Source of the DNA: an uncultured Ardenticatenia bacterium
Lineage (GTDB): Bacteria > Chloroflexota > Anaerolineae > 4572-78 > NAK82
Assembly (NCBI GenBank): GCA_937127125.1
Contig: CAKZLO010000010.1
Coordinates: 50,097 to 114,096, forward strand
DNA length: 64,000 bases
Reading direction: 5' to 3'
The translations under genes were made by a program, and so were the position numbers. A model generated the notes under the pieces. It made no database searches. It was given only the letters and a program-made list of their open reading frames with translations, and was not told where the DNA came from. Shown here in pieces: positions 28,578-38,986 of the stretch; position 1 is the stretch's first letter; each line of letters starts with the position of its first letter.

Positions 28578-30101
28578 TTATGGCTTTGCACCGTAAACGG
28601 CCATTACTACAAGCGGAGTGATTTGTACCTCGAGCACAGCGGCGACGAGCAGCAATGGTATTATGAGCAACAGAAAGACCTTAAGGAAGTCGGCCAGCAC
28701 CAACAAAAAACCCTGACCCACATCGAGGCCGAAGGGTGGTGAAACCAGTGCAACGCCAGCACGCAATGCGAAGCCTGTGGCGATAATGGCAGCCGGTAGC
28801 TCCACTACTCCGTGGGGTAGTATGAAGGTTGCCACAAATACTAGCGGGCTGTAGCCCAGCACGGCCACTTGTGCAGCGAAGAAGCCCACCAGTGCCAGTG
28901 GCGCCATCAACAGCACCAAAGGCATAACCCCGAATGAGAAAATGGCCAACACGCCTGCCAGTGCCAGCGCCCGGAGGTTGTTGAAAAATACTCCTGTGAT
29001 GCTGAAGCGAGGCAAGAAACCCAGCTGAGGCACGTGATCAAAGGTATCCTGCGGAAGCGCATCCAGACGGATGGCATTGGCTGGCAATGGCCACTGCATT
29101 GCCAACAGTGCTCCTAGCACAATAGCTCCCACGAGGGTGAGCAGCACCACGCCGAGCGGCTGCCACTGCGTCCGTAAGAGACAGGGGATATCGTGGTGGA
29201 GCATGCGCCATATGTCCAGGGAAGGGTATATCTCACGCTGGAGTGCTTGTTCGGGCGGCCGCAGAAAATATCCGGCAAAATCGCGCAAAACCTTGCGCAA
29301 GTTGAGGCTGTCGAGCTCCCTGGCCAGAATCTCTTCCCGGTTGAAGATGCGTACACCCATACGTACCATAATAAAGTTCGCCACGCACAGCGCGGCGATA
29401 ATCCACCAGAGAACCTCGTACTGTCCCCAGAAGAGCAGAATGCTTTCACCCTGCACAAGGAGTGCCATCGGAATAATAATAAAGCTGGCTAACAAGTTAG
29501 CAGCGCGTACACTGCTTGTTTGGCTGGAGACAATCACAGCTCCCGACACCATCACTGATGCTTTTGCGCTGTTAAGCAGAAGCATCTGCAACAACATCAG
29601 AGCATCGGGTAGCCATCCGGAAGCCATAGCCATACCGATCAGATAGGCAGAAATGGCGAGATAGCTCGCGGCCAGTGGGAGAATCAGCGCTGCAAGCACT
29701 TTGCCTAGGTAGAGTTCGCCATCGGAGATAGGCATTGCCAGCAATGGCTCCAGACTGCCACGCTCTTTCTCTCCTACGAAAGTCTCCAGGGCCAAAACCA
29801 GCGAGAAAGTAATAGGGAAGAAGCCCACAATCATCAGCAGGAAGGGGTTGAGACGCTCTACAATAAGAGCATTCTGACCACCATAGCGCAGCACGAAATC
29901 ACGTGCCATACCCGCAGTAAAGTTCATCAACAGCGGGAACAGCAGCGTGAGGATAACAATAGGGGTCATAATACGCCAGTCACGCAAACTATCACGCAGT
30001 TCGCGCCGCGTTACAACAAGGGCGAGGCGCAATCTCTCATACAATGTGACTTTTCTGCTAAATAGAGACTTGGGTGTCCTTGCGATCTCTGATTCAATCA
30101 T
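28578..30101 (-). CDS. ABC-2 type transporter permease (large, two-block)
   Basis: About 12 hydrophobic helices in 507 aa. ATG 30101 overlaps the upstream ATPase stop by 8 nt (ATGATTGA). Confidence 0.7.
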   Translation of the reverse strand: MIESEIARTPKSLFSRKVTLYERLRLALVVTRRELRDSLRDWRIMTPIVILTLLFPLLMNFTAGMARDFVLRYGGQNALIVERLNPFLLMIVGFFPITFSLVLALETFVGEKERGSLEPLLAMPISDGELYLGKVLAALILPLAASYLAISAYLIGMAMASGWLPDALMLLQMLLLNSAKASVMVSGAVIVSSQTSSVRAANLLASFIIIPMALLVQGESILLFWGQYEVLWWIIAALCVANFIMVRMGVRIFNREEILARELDSLNLRKVLRDFAGYFLRPPEQALQREIYPSLDIWRMLHHDIPCLLRTQWQPLGVVLLTLVGAIVLGALLAMQWPLPANAIRLDALPQDTFDHVPQLGFLPRFSITGVFFNNLRALALAGVLAIFSFGVMPLVLLMAPLALVGFFAAQVAVLGYSPLVFVATFILPHGVVELPAAIIATGFALRAGVALVSPPFGLDVGQGFLLVLADFLKVFLLLIIPLLLVAAVLEVQITPLVVMAVYGAKP

Positions 30102-31035
30102 CCGACAATTCCTCACCCTCTTGTGCATCGCTCACAATGCGTAGGTACACTTCTTCCAGGCTACGGGGTACTTCGCTCAGAGTTATGACGGGCACCCCAC
30201 GCTTGCTTAGCCGTTGCACCAACTGCGGGTTTACTTTTTCTGGTGCGGGGGTGGTATAACGTACCCAATTGTCTCCATGTTCTTGCACCTGAACCAGGTC
30301 TTCCAAGAGCGTTAACAAGCCGTCCAGCGACGTTCCCAAGCGCAACTCAAGTAAGGTGTCGCCCAACAGACGACGTTTGAGCTCGGAGGCGCTGCCTATG
30401 GCAGCTATGCGACCGCGGCGAATAATGGCAATGCGATCCGCCAGCATCTCCGCTTCGCCCAAATTGTGCGTGCATAATACAATTGTGCGCCGCTCGCGGC
30501 GCAGATCAAGGATTGCCTGTCGTACCAGGCGTGCACTGAAGGGATCCATAGCGGATGTCGGTTCGTCGAGGAAGAGCACCAATGGATCGTGCAGCATGGC
30601 CCGTACCAATGCCAGCTTCTGACGCATTCCCTTTGAATACTCGCCTGTACGTCGATGGCGTGCTTCCCATAGGTCAAAGCGGCGTAACATCTCCTCGCTT
30701 CGGTTGGCACGCAGGCGTGGTGTCATACCATGTAGCTGTCCGAAGAAATCAAGGTACTCCAGAGCGTTCATACGCGCGTAGAGGCCAGGGAACTCTGTCA
30801 GCAGCCCCACGATACTTCGTACCTCGCGTGCGTTGTGCACCGTATCCAAGCCAGCGATGCGTGCCCAACCAGCAGTTGGCTTGAGAATGGCTGCCAGCAT
30901 ACGCACTGTGGTGGTCTTGCCGGCTCCGTTAGGTCCTAGCAGAGCCAACACCTCCCCTTCGCGCACGCTCAGGTCGATGCCATCAACGGCGCGTATGGGA
31001 CCGAAGTGTTTGCTAAGAGCTGCCGTTTCGATCAT
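30094..31035 (-). CDS. ABC transporter ATP-binding protein
   Basis: Walker A GPNGAGKTTT, signature YSKGMRQKL, Walker B LVLFLDEPTSAMD. Confidence 0.9.
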   Translation of the reverse strand: MIETAALSKHFGPIRAVDGIDLSVREGEVLALLGPNGAGKTTTVRMLAAILKPTAGWARIAGLDTVHNAREVRSIVGLLTEFPGLYARMNALEYLDFFGQLHGMTPRLRANRSEEMLRRFDLWEARHRRTGEYSKGMRQKLALVRAMLHDPLVLFLDEPTSAMDPFSARLVRQAILDLRRERRTIVLCTHNLGEAEMLADRIAIIRRGRIAAIGSASELKRRLLGDTLLELRLGTSLDGLLTLLEDLVQVQEHGDNWVRYTTPAPEKVNPQLVQRLSKRGVPVITLSEVPRSLEEVYLRIVSDAQEGEELSDD

Positions 31036-31191
31036 ATGCTACGCAATAGTTCCTATTTGACCATTATAGCAGATATACCAAGGTTAGGGTACAGGTATTT
31101 GGTCATGGTGATGTTTCCATAAGGTGCCTTGGGGCTTAGACGTGGGGTAGCAGAACACTCGCGGTGTCGCACGCTGGCATACGTCTAGGCA

Positions 31192-34161
31192 TCACTGCAC
31201 GCGGATGGGGCTCCGGCTGAGCAACAGGCGATTGCCTATAGGCTGGCCCTTTCCATCGCTCACCTCCAATCGTTGGCCACTTATCGGGTCGTATAATCCA
31301 ATCTCCAGCCAGTACTCACCTGCGGGTGTGTCTGGATTGACCGGCACTTTATAAATGTCCACCAGGTATTCACCGCTCACCCAACTGGTGGTGGGAAACT
31401 GCCCAGCTCCCGGCTCCTGATCATGCTGTCCAAAGATGTGGTCTTGGGTATCAATCAGATGCACAAAGACGCTGTAGCGTTGTGGGGCCGGTTGCAGCGC
31501 CTGCCAGTAGAGTACCAACTCCAAGTTCTCACCAGGCGATATGGGGTCAGTCGCTTTCAACTCGTAACCCAACAAATGCACGTATGCGCCAAAACGTGCT
31601 TCGGCGACTTCATAGCGTTCGGAGGGCGTTGGTGGAGTGAAGTGATGGACTCGCTGTATCGTTGGTACACGCGCTAGCACTACTTGATCGCCTTCTTCAG
31701 TCATCAAACGTGTACCGTCCGGGCGCAGCAATCCTACTACTAGGTGGTACTCGGCGGCAGGAAGTCCGGGCGGCAACAAGATTTGATGCGGATCGCGCAG
31801 CAGTATGCCAGCTGTCCAACGCTCGCTCGGATAAACTGGAGGGGTCTCGCTCAATGCGACTGGCTGACCCGCCTCATCTTGCAGCTGGGCAAATACGATG
31901 TAGGGTTCTTGCGGGGCGCGAAGCACTTGCCAAAACAAGCTAAACGATAATGCTTCCCCTGCCCTGATTGGCATATCCCCTATGCTATAGCCCAGTAGCC
32001 GTATTCCCTCCCCAAAATCTACCTGCAGAGGATGTTGCACAGGGAGAGCTTCAGGGGACAAGGGCTCGGTAGGGAGCACTACGCGTACGTTACCCAAAAT
32101 CACCTCGCTTCCCTGCGGTTGGTCCTGTTCATCCAGTACGTCCAGTGGTCGCTCGTCCTGTTCGCGTACTATGCCAAGCCGCAACTGGTACTCACCAGGT
32201 GGGGTACCTGCTGGAATCAGCACACCGTGGCGGTCGATAAGCGTCTCACCCTCTCTCATAAGATGGAAGGAACCTAGTCCGCCCATAGGGCGACTGTCAC
32301 GTCCGGCCCAGCGTTGCCCTGTGGAATCGATCAAACGCAACGCTACGCGCAATTCCTTGGAGACATCGGTGAGCTCCTTTTCCTTGCGCCAAATCAGAAC
32401 TACTGGTAACACGCCACGTCCAGACTCGAGTGGCTCGCTACCTACCTGAACCCGCTCGAGCACCAACGCATTAGCAAAGTTTGCCACGCCTGGTTGAGCA
32501 CTTTGCGCAAGTATTGGTATAACCTCCCGCAAGGTGCCTCCCCGACCGTATAATATCAACTTGATGCCAGGTAGATTCCAATCCATCTGCGTTGGGAAGG
32601 CGATGCGGTTAAGTATCTCCTCTACGCGGGTTTCCCAAAGGCGTCCCAGCACCTGATAAGCTGGAAACCACAAACGGGGGTGCTCATTCATCAGCTCTAT
32701 GAGATCTGCGCGCATGCGTTGCGGATCGTCTGCCCAGCTTTTGCCCCAGCCGGGCACAACGAAGAAACGCGGATGAGGTGACGGGAGGTAGGCCTGGTAC
32801 AACCCTAATTGCCACTGGTAGCTGGCCAAGATGACATCCTGCGTGCTGCTATGGGTCCGCACATAACGCAGTAGTGGACGATAGTCCTCATCGCGATAGC
32901 GTGGTACGGTGTAGAAATCGATCAGCGACGCCGAGAGGAGGCCCAAGAGCAGCACACCAGTGCTGATAAAGACGACGCGACTGCGTCTCCACAACCAATC
33001 TAGTCCCTCTGACACAAGTAACCACCATACGGGTGCAACCAGCAGGAGGGTGCGTTCGAAATAGCGCGGTGTAAATGGGTAGGCAAGATTGATGATAAAG
33101 CCGCCTCCTAGCGGTACCAACAGACAGCAGAGTAGCAACACTGTGGACAACAGATATCGGCGCTGTGCCATCCCGTATAGCAGCCCCAATAAAGCCAGCG
33201 CACCGAATCCCAGAGTTGCCCAACGAAACAGGTCAAGCGCCTCGGAGGTGTGCCCTATGCTAAACGCGGCCAGATGAGCGCTAAAATACTGGGCAGCATT
33301 GAGTGGCACGTATGCTTCTGCCACGCGCTTGCCTTGAACATAGTTCACGAGCTGCTGTGCAACGTACGCCACCCACGGCGCGTACAGCACGCCTGCCGTT
33401 GCCATTGCAGAAGCTACCCGTCGCCACGGTATCGGTGCATTGCCTACAACTCCCCCGCTGTATCTCCATTGGGAGGCACGATGGGCAAAGCGCTCCCTCA
33501 ACAGGGATATTCCCAACCAGAGCGTCTGTGCTAGGAGCAGGAACAAGGCGTAGTACATGGTGTAGAGCGCTGCGGCCGTGGTTAGTACATATCCCAGCCA
33601 TAGCCATTTGTTCCGTCTGGAAATTTGTCGCCCTGCGAAAGATGATTCTCTGTTGGCACTCCAAGAGGTGGAGAACACCAGACGCACAAGGAAGTACGAC
33701 GATGAAACGCTGAGAAGTGTTACCATGCCGTACATGCGCACCTCTTGGGAGTAGTAAACGGCGAGTGGTGCAAGAGCTGTCAGTGCACTCGCTAACAATG
33801 CGGCGCGTTGATTGTGCAAAAGATTTCCCACACGCCAGATGACCCCGACTGTAAGCGTTCCCATTATCACCGAGAGCAGGCGCGCTGTCTCAGGGGTGCT
33901 TCCTGTGACGCCGAGCCAGCTGTGCAGCAGAGCGTAATATAGCGGCGGATGGATGTCCTGCGCCGTGCGTTCAATCATCTCTGGCAACCTGAGTCCGGCG
34001 AAGTAGAAACTCCACCCTTCGTCGCCCCACAGAGGTTGGAAGCTAAGCCGATACAACCGCAGCCCAAATGCCAGCAAGGTTAAGAACAGCACCACCTCTG
34101 TATATCTTGGGGGCCACCAGCGTCGTATGTCCATCTCGCGCTTATGGATCTGCATAGCCAT
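31192..34161 (-). CDS. GT39 (PMT/ArnT-like) GT-C glycosyltransferase with three repeated C-terminal extracytoplasmic modules
   Basis: FQPLWGDEGWSFYFAG...DIHPPLYYALLHSW N-terminal signature. About 11 TMs. The C-terminal 430 aa contain three modules, each with a ...GE.L...L.W..L strand and a P.GEY.L..G(L/I) strand. Confidence 0.8.
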   Translation of the reverse strand: MAMQIHKREMDIRRWWPPRYTEVVLFLTLLAFGLRLYRLSFQPLWGDEGWSFYFAGLRLPEMIERTAQDIHPPLYYALLHSWLGVTGSTPETARLLSVIMGTLTVGVIWRVGNLLHNQRAALLASALTALAPLAVYYSQEVRMYGMVTLLSVSSSYFLVRLVFSTSWSANRESSFAGRQISRRNKWLWLGYVLTTAAALYTMYYALFLLLAQTLWLGISLLRERFAHRASQWRYSGGVVGNAPIPWRRVASAMATAGVLYAPWVAYVAQQLVNYVQGKRVAEAYVPLNAAQYFSAHLAAFSIGHTSEALDLFRWATLGFGALALLGLLYGMAQRRYLLSTVLLLCCLLVPLGGGFIINLAYPFTPRYFERTLLLVAPVWWLLVSEGLDWLWRRSRVVFISTGVLLLGLLSASLIDFYTVPRYRDEDYRPLLRYVRTHSSTQDVILASYQWQLGLYQAYLPSPHPRFFVVPGWGKSWADDPQRMRADLIELMNEHPRLWFPAYQVLGRLWETRVEEILNRIAFPTQMDWNLPGIKLILYGRGGTLREVIPILAQSAQPGVANFANALVLERVQVGSEPLESGRGVLPVVLIWRKEKELTDVSKELRVALRLIDSTGQRWAGRDSRPMGGLGSFHLMREGETLIDRHGVLIPAGTPPGEYQLRLGIVREQDERPLDVLDEQDQPQGSEVILGNVRVVLPTEPLSPEALPVQHPLQVDFGEGIRLLGYSIGDMPIRAGEALSFSLFWQVLRAPQEPYIVFAQLQDEAGQPVALSETPPVYPSERWTAGILLRDPHQILLPPGLPAAEYHLVVGLLRPDGTRLMTEEGDQVVLARVPTIQRVHHFTPPTPSERYEVAEARFGAYVHLLGYELKATDPISPGENLELVLYWQALQPAPQRYSVFVHLIDTQDHIFGQHDQEPGAGQFPTTSWVSGEYLVDIYKVPVNPDTPAGEYWLEIGLYDPISGQRLEVSDGKGQPIGNRLLLSRSPIRVQ

Positions 34162-34198
34162 GTCGGGACAGATTTGTTCTCTCGGAGAGACGATCAGC

Positions 34199-36499
34199 TC
34201 ATTTGTTCAGTCGCAGAGGAAGTCTCTGCTCGTAGCTGAATGCTATTTCTTCTCTTTGGCGCTCTATCAAGATGCCTACCAGTCGACCTATCTGCCGACG
34301 CAACACTGCTCGCAGCAAGCATGGATAGAGCGATCGCCACGCTCTCGCCGCCGCAAGCAGATCTGTGTCTTTGGGGGGATGTTCAGCATAGCGGATGTGC
34401 GTCACAATCTCTGCCAGTTGCCAAATGTAGGCTCCACCGTTTGGTACTGCTGTCGCAATGGCGGCAGCTTGCTCAAGAGGGGTCTGCCATGGCTGCAGCG
34501 GTATCCCAGCCCAGCTGGCCAGTCTTCCCAACCGAGCATAAAAAGCTTCTACCCGTTTGTCGCCGACCGAGGTGCTCAGGCGGCGTGACATGACAAGCGC
34601 CAATAGTAGCGCTAACACGATCCCAGCTCCGAGCAACAAGGATGCCAAAAGGGGGATTGGGAGAGTATTACTTATCCCCTCTCCTTCCATTGCTTGCGTT
34701 GTATCTGGAGAGCGATCAAACGGGGGCGGTTGCCTTTCATATGGCGACTTTGAATCCATAGGCGGGGCGACTACGTCGCTGGCAGGCGATCGTTCGATCT
34801 GGGGTCGTGCTGCAGTCGGCTCGAAGATAACCCAACCGTACTCAGGGAAGAAAACCTCAGGCCACGCGTGGGCATCCTTTTGGCGCACTAGGAAAGTGTT
34901 CGTTTCAACGCGGTGCTCACCCTGAGCGTAGCCTGCTGCCAGGCGCGCTGGGATACCAACGGCGCGCAGCATGACAACCATAGCGCTGGCATAGTAGTCG
35001 CAATATCCTTCACGCTTCTCGAACAGGACGTAATCGACGGCGTCATACTCGGCTGGGGGTGGATCAATCTGTTCATTGTAGGTGATAGTATGACGCAAGT
35101 AATCTTCCACTGCCGTGGCTTTGTCATAGGCATTGGAAGCTCGGTCAGTAATGGTTTCTGCCAGAAAGCGAACGCGCTCGGGCAGGGTGTCTGGTAGCTG
35201 GAGATAACGCTGGCGGATCCATTCAGGATAGATTGCTTCGCTCTGCTGGAGCTGCTCGATGCTAGCGTTGCCCAGTAATGTGGCAACTGTGTAATGATCA
35301 CCTATGCGCAATGGCAGACGTGAGCGTGCGTAGGAGATCCCCTCTGCGAGTTGGTCCTGGATAAAGCTGACGCGAGCGCGTGCAGGAATGCTGACCCACG
35401 TCGGTTGCCCAGCCATCGCTAACACGGTCATATCAGGTTGCAACACAGTGACTGTGTGGTTTCTTGGTATCTGGGCCTGATAGCGCGCTATAGCCAGTGG
35501 AGGATAATCGCTACCGAACTGTACTACGACTTCATCGCTGTTAATCCACCTGCGACCTGTGTAGTAGTCCAGTGCTACCTCTCTCCAGTAATGGATCCCT
35601 TCCAAGGAGGTTATTTCCATCACAGGTGCATCGCCCAGTTGGCGTGGCCCGCCCAAGGTCAATTCCTGTCCAGAGAAATCGGCGCTGGGTGTACTGCGGT
35701 AATGAAGTGTGGTGAAGAGACGTCCCCAACGCTCCTCGATGTCGTACCATCCGGTACGTAGGGTGTCCAGTGCACGGCTACGCGCGTCCATAGGAATTGC
35801 AGGCGTCAGCCAGGCCAGCGCGACTACCAACAGCGTTAGCAACATTCCAATTCGCCAGAAGTTAAAGATGACCTCACCTGCATGATAGGGTATACGAGCA
35901 CGCCGCCAGTTACGTTCCTGCTGGTGCAGATTGAATCGGATTACCAGAAGGAGTGCTACCACCAAGAATAGAATCATATAACCTGTCAGCTCGGCTGGTG
36001 CATAGTAGAGTGTGCCTAGGAGCAGCAGCCCAGCCAACACGATCGCGTCCCAGACGCGCCTCGCACGGAAGATAAACCACACGATAAGCCAAATGACAAC
36101 CCACACCAGCAGACACATCTGAAGTAGGAAAATGAGATTGTCAGCGCTGCTGCTCCCAGAAAGTGCCTTCTTGCCAAAAAGGTAGATGCGATACCACATC
36201 CACGCCCAGCGCTGCGGCCAGGTGTCTGTTCCGGGTATGAGATCGGCGGTGAGGCGAAAAGACAGCGCTGTCCCGACAGGCAAGCTGAAAAGGGGACCCA
36301 AAGGATCTGGCAGACGACTGCGTGCTGCCAAGAATGCAAAGGCAAACGCCCCCAGTCCAACTGGCGTCACAATGTGTAATCCCTCCGTCCAGCCAGCACT
36401 GGTGACGACAGCGCAAATGATCAGAACAAGCCCCAAGGTTAGAAGGAAAACGCCCCAGCCTTCGCGTAACCAACGACTTTCGTGCAATGAATTGCTCAT
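34199..36499 (-). CDS. TgpA-like transglutaminase-domain membrane protein
   Basis: N-terminal polytopic block. Transglutaminase core REGYCDYYASAMVVMLRAVGIPARLAAGY...DAHAWPEVFFPEYGWVIFEPT (Cys-His-Asp). A late TM plus a C-terminal tail. ATG 36499 is preferred over ATG 36580. Confidence 0.85.
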   Translation of the reverse strand: MSNSLHESRWLREGWGVFLLTLGLVLIICAVVTSAGWTEGLHIVTPVGLGAFAFAFLAARSRLPDPLGPLFSLPVGTALSFRLTADLIPGTDTWPQRWAWMWYRIYLFGKKALSGSSSADNLIFLLQMCLLVWVVIWLIVWFIFRARRVWDAIVLAGLLLLGTLYYAPAELTGYMILFLVVALLLVIRFNLHQQERNWRRARIPYHAGEVIFNFWRIGMLLTLLVVALAWLTPAIPMDARSRALDTLRTGWYDIEERWGRLFTTLHYRSTPSADFSGQELTLGGPRQLGDAPVMEITSLEGIHYWREVALDYYTGRRWINSDEVVVQFGSDYPPLAIARYQAQIPRNHTVTVLQPDMTVLAMAGQPTWVSIPARARVSFIQDQLAEGISYARSRLPLRIGDHYTVATLLGNASIEQLQQSEAIYPEWIRQRYLQLPDTLPERVRFLAETITDRASNAYDKATAVEDYLRHTITYNEQIDPPPAEYDAVDYVLFEKREGYCDYYASAMVVMLRAVGIPARLAAGYAQGEHRVETNTFLVRQKDAHAWPEVFFPEYGWVIFEPTAARPQIERSPASDVVAPPMDSKSPYERQPPPFDRSPDTTQAMEGEGISNTLPIPLLASLLLGAGIVLALLLALVMSRRLSTSVGDKRVEAFYARLGRLASWAGIPLQPWQTPLEQAAAIATAVPNGGAYIWQLAEIVTHIRYAEHPPKDTDLLAAARAWRSLYPCLLRAVLRRQIGRLVGILIERQREEIAFSYEQRLPLRLNK

Positions 36500-36841
36500 A
36501 GCTTCATTGTAGTGAGCCCGGGTACGGAGGGCAAAAGCTCGTGCACAGGGGTGGCCTGATTGTCTGTCGAGTCTGTGCATAAGCGTTCAAGTGGTTCAAT
36601 GCTCGGCTCTTCTCAGAAAGTGACGGGTGCTCACTCCAACCGCTTTGCTGCATGGTAAGTTGCAGTTGACGTTGTTCTGATACCTGCCATGAAAAAACTA
36701 GCGACCAGCGCGGATCCTTTTGGTTTTGGCAAAAAGTCTATGGTATTATGCACTTCAGTCTTTCAGCTGGATGTGAGAGACGCTCGGCTCTTTGTGTGGA
36801 GATGAACTCGCCATCAGTACTACCAAGAGGGAGCTGACGTT

Positions 36842-38248
36842 GTGGCTTCGTTACACGCTATCGAGTTCGCCGAAACCAACAGAATGCATCATTTGCAGCA
36901 CTTGATGGATTTCCTCTCCATTCCCAGTATTGGTACATCGCCAGCACATCGCACGGACATGGAACGGGCTGCTCAGTGGCTGATGACCTTTATGGAGCGC
37001 ATTGGGCTGCACAGCGTGAAACTACTTCCTACAGATCTGTATCCGGTTGTCTATGGTGAGTGGAAGTCGGCTGATGCTAAGGTCCCCACTTTGCTGGTAT
37101 ATGGTCACTATGACGTGCAACCTGCTGACCCCGAGGAACAATGGCTGACTCCTCCCTTTGAGCCGACCGTGCAGGATGAAAACCTCTACGCGCGTGGTGC
37201 CTCAGATAACAAAGGGCAGCTGTTCACCTATCTGGCTGCCGCTGAAGCATATCTGCGCACGTCGGGCAGGATACCTGTCAATCTCAAGTTCCTCATAGAG
37301 GGACAGGAGGAATGTGGCAGCACGGGTCTGGAGCAGGTCATTCAACAGCACAGACATATGCTGCAGTGTGACGCAGTTGTCATATCTGATGACAGTTTCT
37401 GGGACGCTGTTACCCCGAAGATCACTACGGGGACACGCGGGTTGATCTACTGCGAGGTGGACATCCAGGGCCCACGCCATGATCTGCACTCCGGTGTCTA
37501 CGGCGGCGCTGTGCACAATCCATTGCAGGTCGCTGCGGAGATGATTGCCCAGCTCCATGATGCTCAAGGGAGGGTAGCAATTCCTGGGTTCTATGATCGT
37601 GTGCGACCATTATCGGTGGACGAGCGACGCCAGCTGGAAAGCCTTCCGTTCGATGAAGAACGCTTCTTGCATGAGGAAATTGGTGCTCCTGCCTTGTGGT
37701 CCGGCGAGTCTGGCTACAGCGTGTTTGAGCGCATCACGGCTCGGCCGACGCTGGAGATCCATGGTATTGGCGGCGGTTTTGTCAACGAGGGACAGAAGAC
37801 AGTTATCCCAGCACGCGCTGTGGTCAAGTTGAGCATGCGCCTGGTGCCCGATCAAGATCCCTTGGAGATTGCTCGTTTGTTTGAGCAATATGTGCAACGC
37901 ATCACGCCATCCACTGTGCATGTGACAGTGCGAGTGCTTTCCCATGCCCATCCTGCATTGGTTGACCCCCACACACCAGCAATGCAGGCTGCTGTGGAAG
38001 CGCTTCGGCTGGGTTTTGGGACTGCCCCAGTTTTCCTGCGTAGCGGTGGCACCTTGCCAGTGGTGGCGGATCTCACGCGCATCTTGCAGGTGCCTGTGGT
38101 GATGATGGGCTTTGGTCTGCCTGATGACAATCTGCACGCACCCAATGAAAAGTTCCGCTTAGCACAGTTCTTCGGTGGCATTCGCACCGCCATCTACTTT
38201 ATGGAGTGCATGGCGCGCCAATATTCCTCTCATAAGGTGGAGGGCTGA
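36842..38248 (+). CDS. M20-family dipeptidase/metallopeptidase
   Basis: LVYGHYDVQPADPEEQW...LYARGASDNKGQ and EGQEECGS motifs. GTG 36842 has AGAGGGAG 8 nt upstream. Confidence 0.85.
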   Translation: MASLHAIEFAETNRMHHLQHLMDFLSIPSIGTSPAHRTDMERAAQWLMTFMERIGLHSVKLLPTDLYPVVYGEWKSADAKVPTLLVYGHYDVQPADPEEQWLTPPFEPTVQDENLYARGASDNKGQLFTYLAAAEAYLRTSGRIPVNLKFLIEGQEECGSTGLEQVIQQHRHMLQCDAVVISDDSFWDAVTPKITTGTRGLIYCEVDIQGPRHDLHSGVYGGAVHNPLQVAAEMIAQLHDAQGRVAIPGFYDRVRPLSVDERRQLESLPFDEERFLHEEIGAPALWSGESGYSVFERITARPTLEIHGIGGGFVNEGQKTVIPARAVVKLSMRLVPDQDPLEIARLFEQYVQRITPSTVHVTVRVLSHAHPALVDPHTPAMQAAVEALRLGFGTAPVFLRSGGTLPVVADLTRILQVPVVMMGFGLPDDNLHAPNEKFRLAQFFGGIRTAIYFMECMARQYSSHKVEG

Positions 38249-38287
38249 GAACGACATAACAGTGTACAATGCGCTGTCCGGGCGACC

Positions 38288-38959
38288 TTATGGCGCAGGG
38301 AATTTTTCCATTGCGTCATATATCACGGGGCCGTGACCTAAGCAGACGATGCGGGGTCGTAATGCAGATTGCTTGTACAGAGAGGCAAGCGCCAATTCTT
38401 CGTTCCAGGTGACCGATGCAAATGGCGGGCGCATTCTGCCGCCGTGATAGGCGATCGAGTCACCAGCAAACAGAATACCGCTCCCGAACGCAAAGAAGGA
38501 GAGGTGGCCAGGTGTATGACCGGGGGTTTCTATGACGCGCAGTCCCCCTAAGCCTGGCAAGATATCCCCTTCCTTGACGACTTCCACAGCTTCAAAAGGT
38601 TGCACACGGTAAAGGGGCTGTGCCAGCCAAAACAGAAAGCGCAGCAAGCCGCGTAAACGCAGTTGGCGCGAGAATTGACCGCGGGCCATCGCTTCTGCTT
38701 CGATCGCACTGGTGTACACCCGCGCCTGTGAAATAGCTACCAGGGGCACCACTCCTCCTACATGGTCACCGTCAGCATGCGTGATAAGAATGTGACGCAA
38801 CTGGGAGGGTGTATAGCCGAGATCAGCGATGGCACGCAGAATCCGCCGATGGCTGATAGCGGTGCCTGTATCAATCAACACCAGTCCTTCATCTGTAGTA
38901 ATCAGGTAACAAACACTCAGGATGCCCTCGATGCGGTACAGACTAGGTACTATTGCCAC
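38288..38959 (-). CDS. MBL-fold metallo-hydrolase
   Basis: HILITHADGDHVGG (HxHxDH) and TPGHTPGH motifs. GTG start with AGAGG 5 nt upstream. Confidence 0.8.
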   Translation of the reverse strand: MAIVPSLYRIEGILSVCYLITTDEGLVLIDTGTAISHRRILRAIADLGYTPSQLRHILITHADGDHVGGVVPLVAISQARVYTSAIEAEAMARGQFSRQLRLRGLLRFLFWLAQPLYRVQPFEAVEVVKEGDILPGLGGLRVIETPGHTPGHLSFFAFGSGILFAGDSIAYHGGRMRPPFASVTWNEELALASLYKQSALRPRIVCLGHGPVIYDAMEKFPAP

Positions 38960-38986
38960 CTTGACCTCTTTGATATTTTGATCTCT

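Noticed and set aside
28578-31035. Interpreting the ABC ATPase plus ABC-2 permease as a Wzm/Wzt glycan exporter serving the Wzy_C/WecA module
   Set aside because: The permease (507 aa, two blocks) and the DrrA/NatA-like ATPase lack the features I associate with Wzm/Wzt: a ~260-aa permease and a C-terminal carbohydrate-binding extension on Wzt. The function was left generic.
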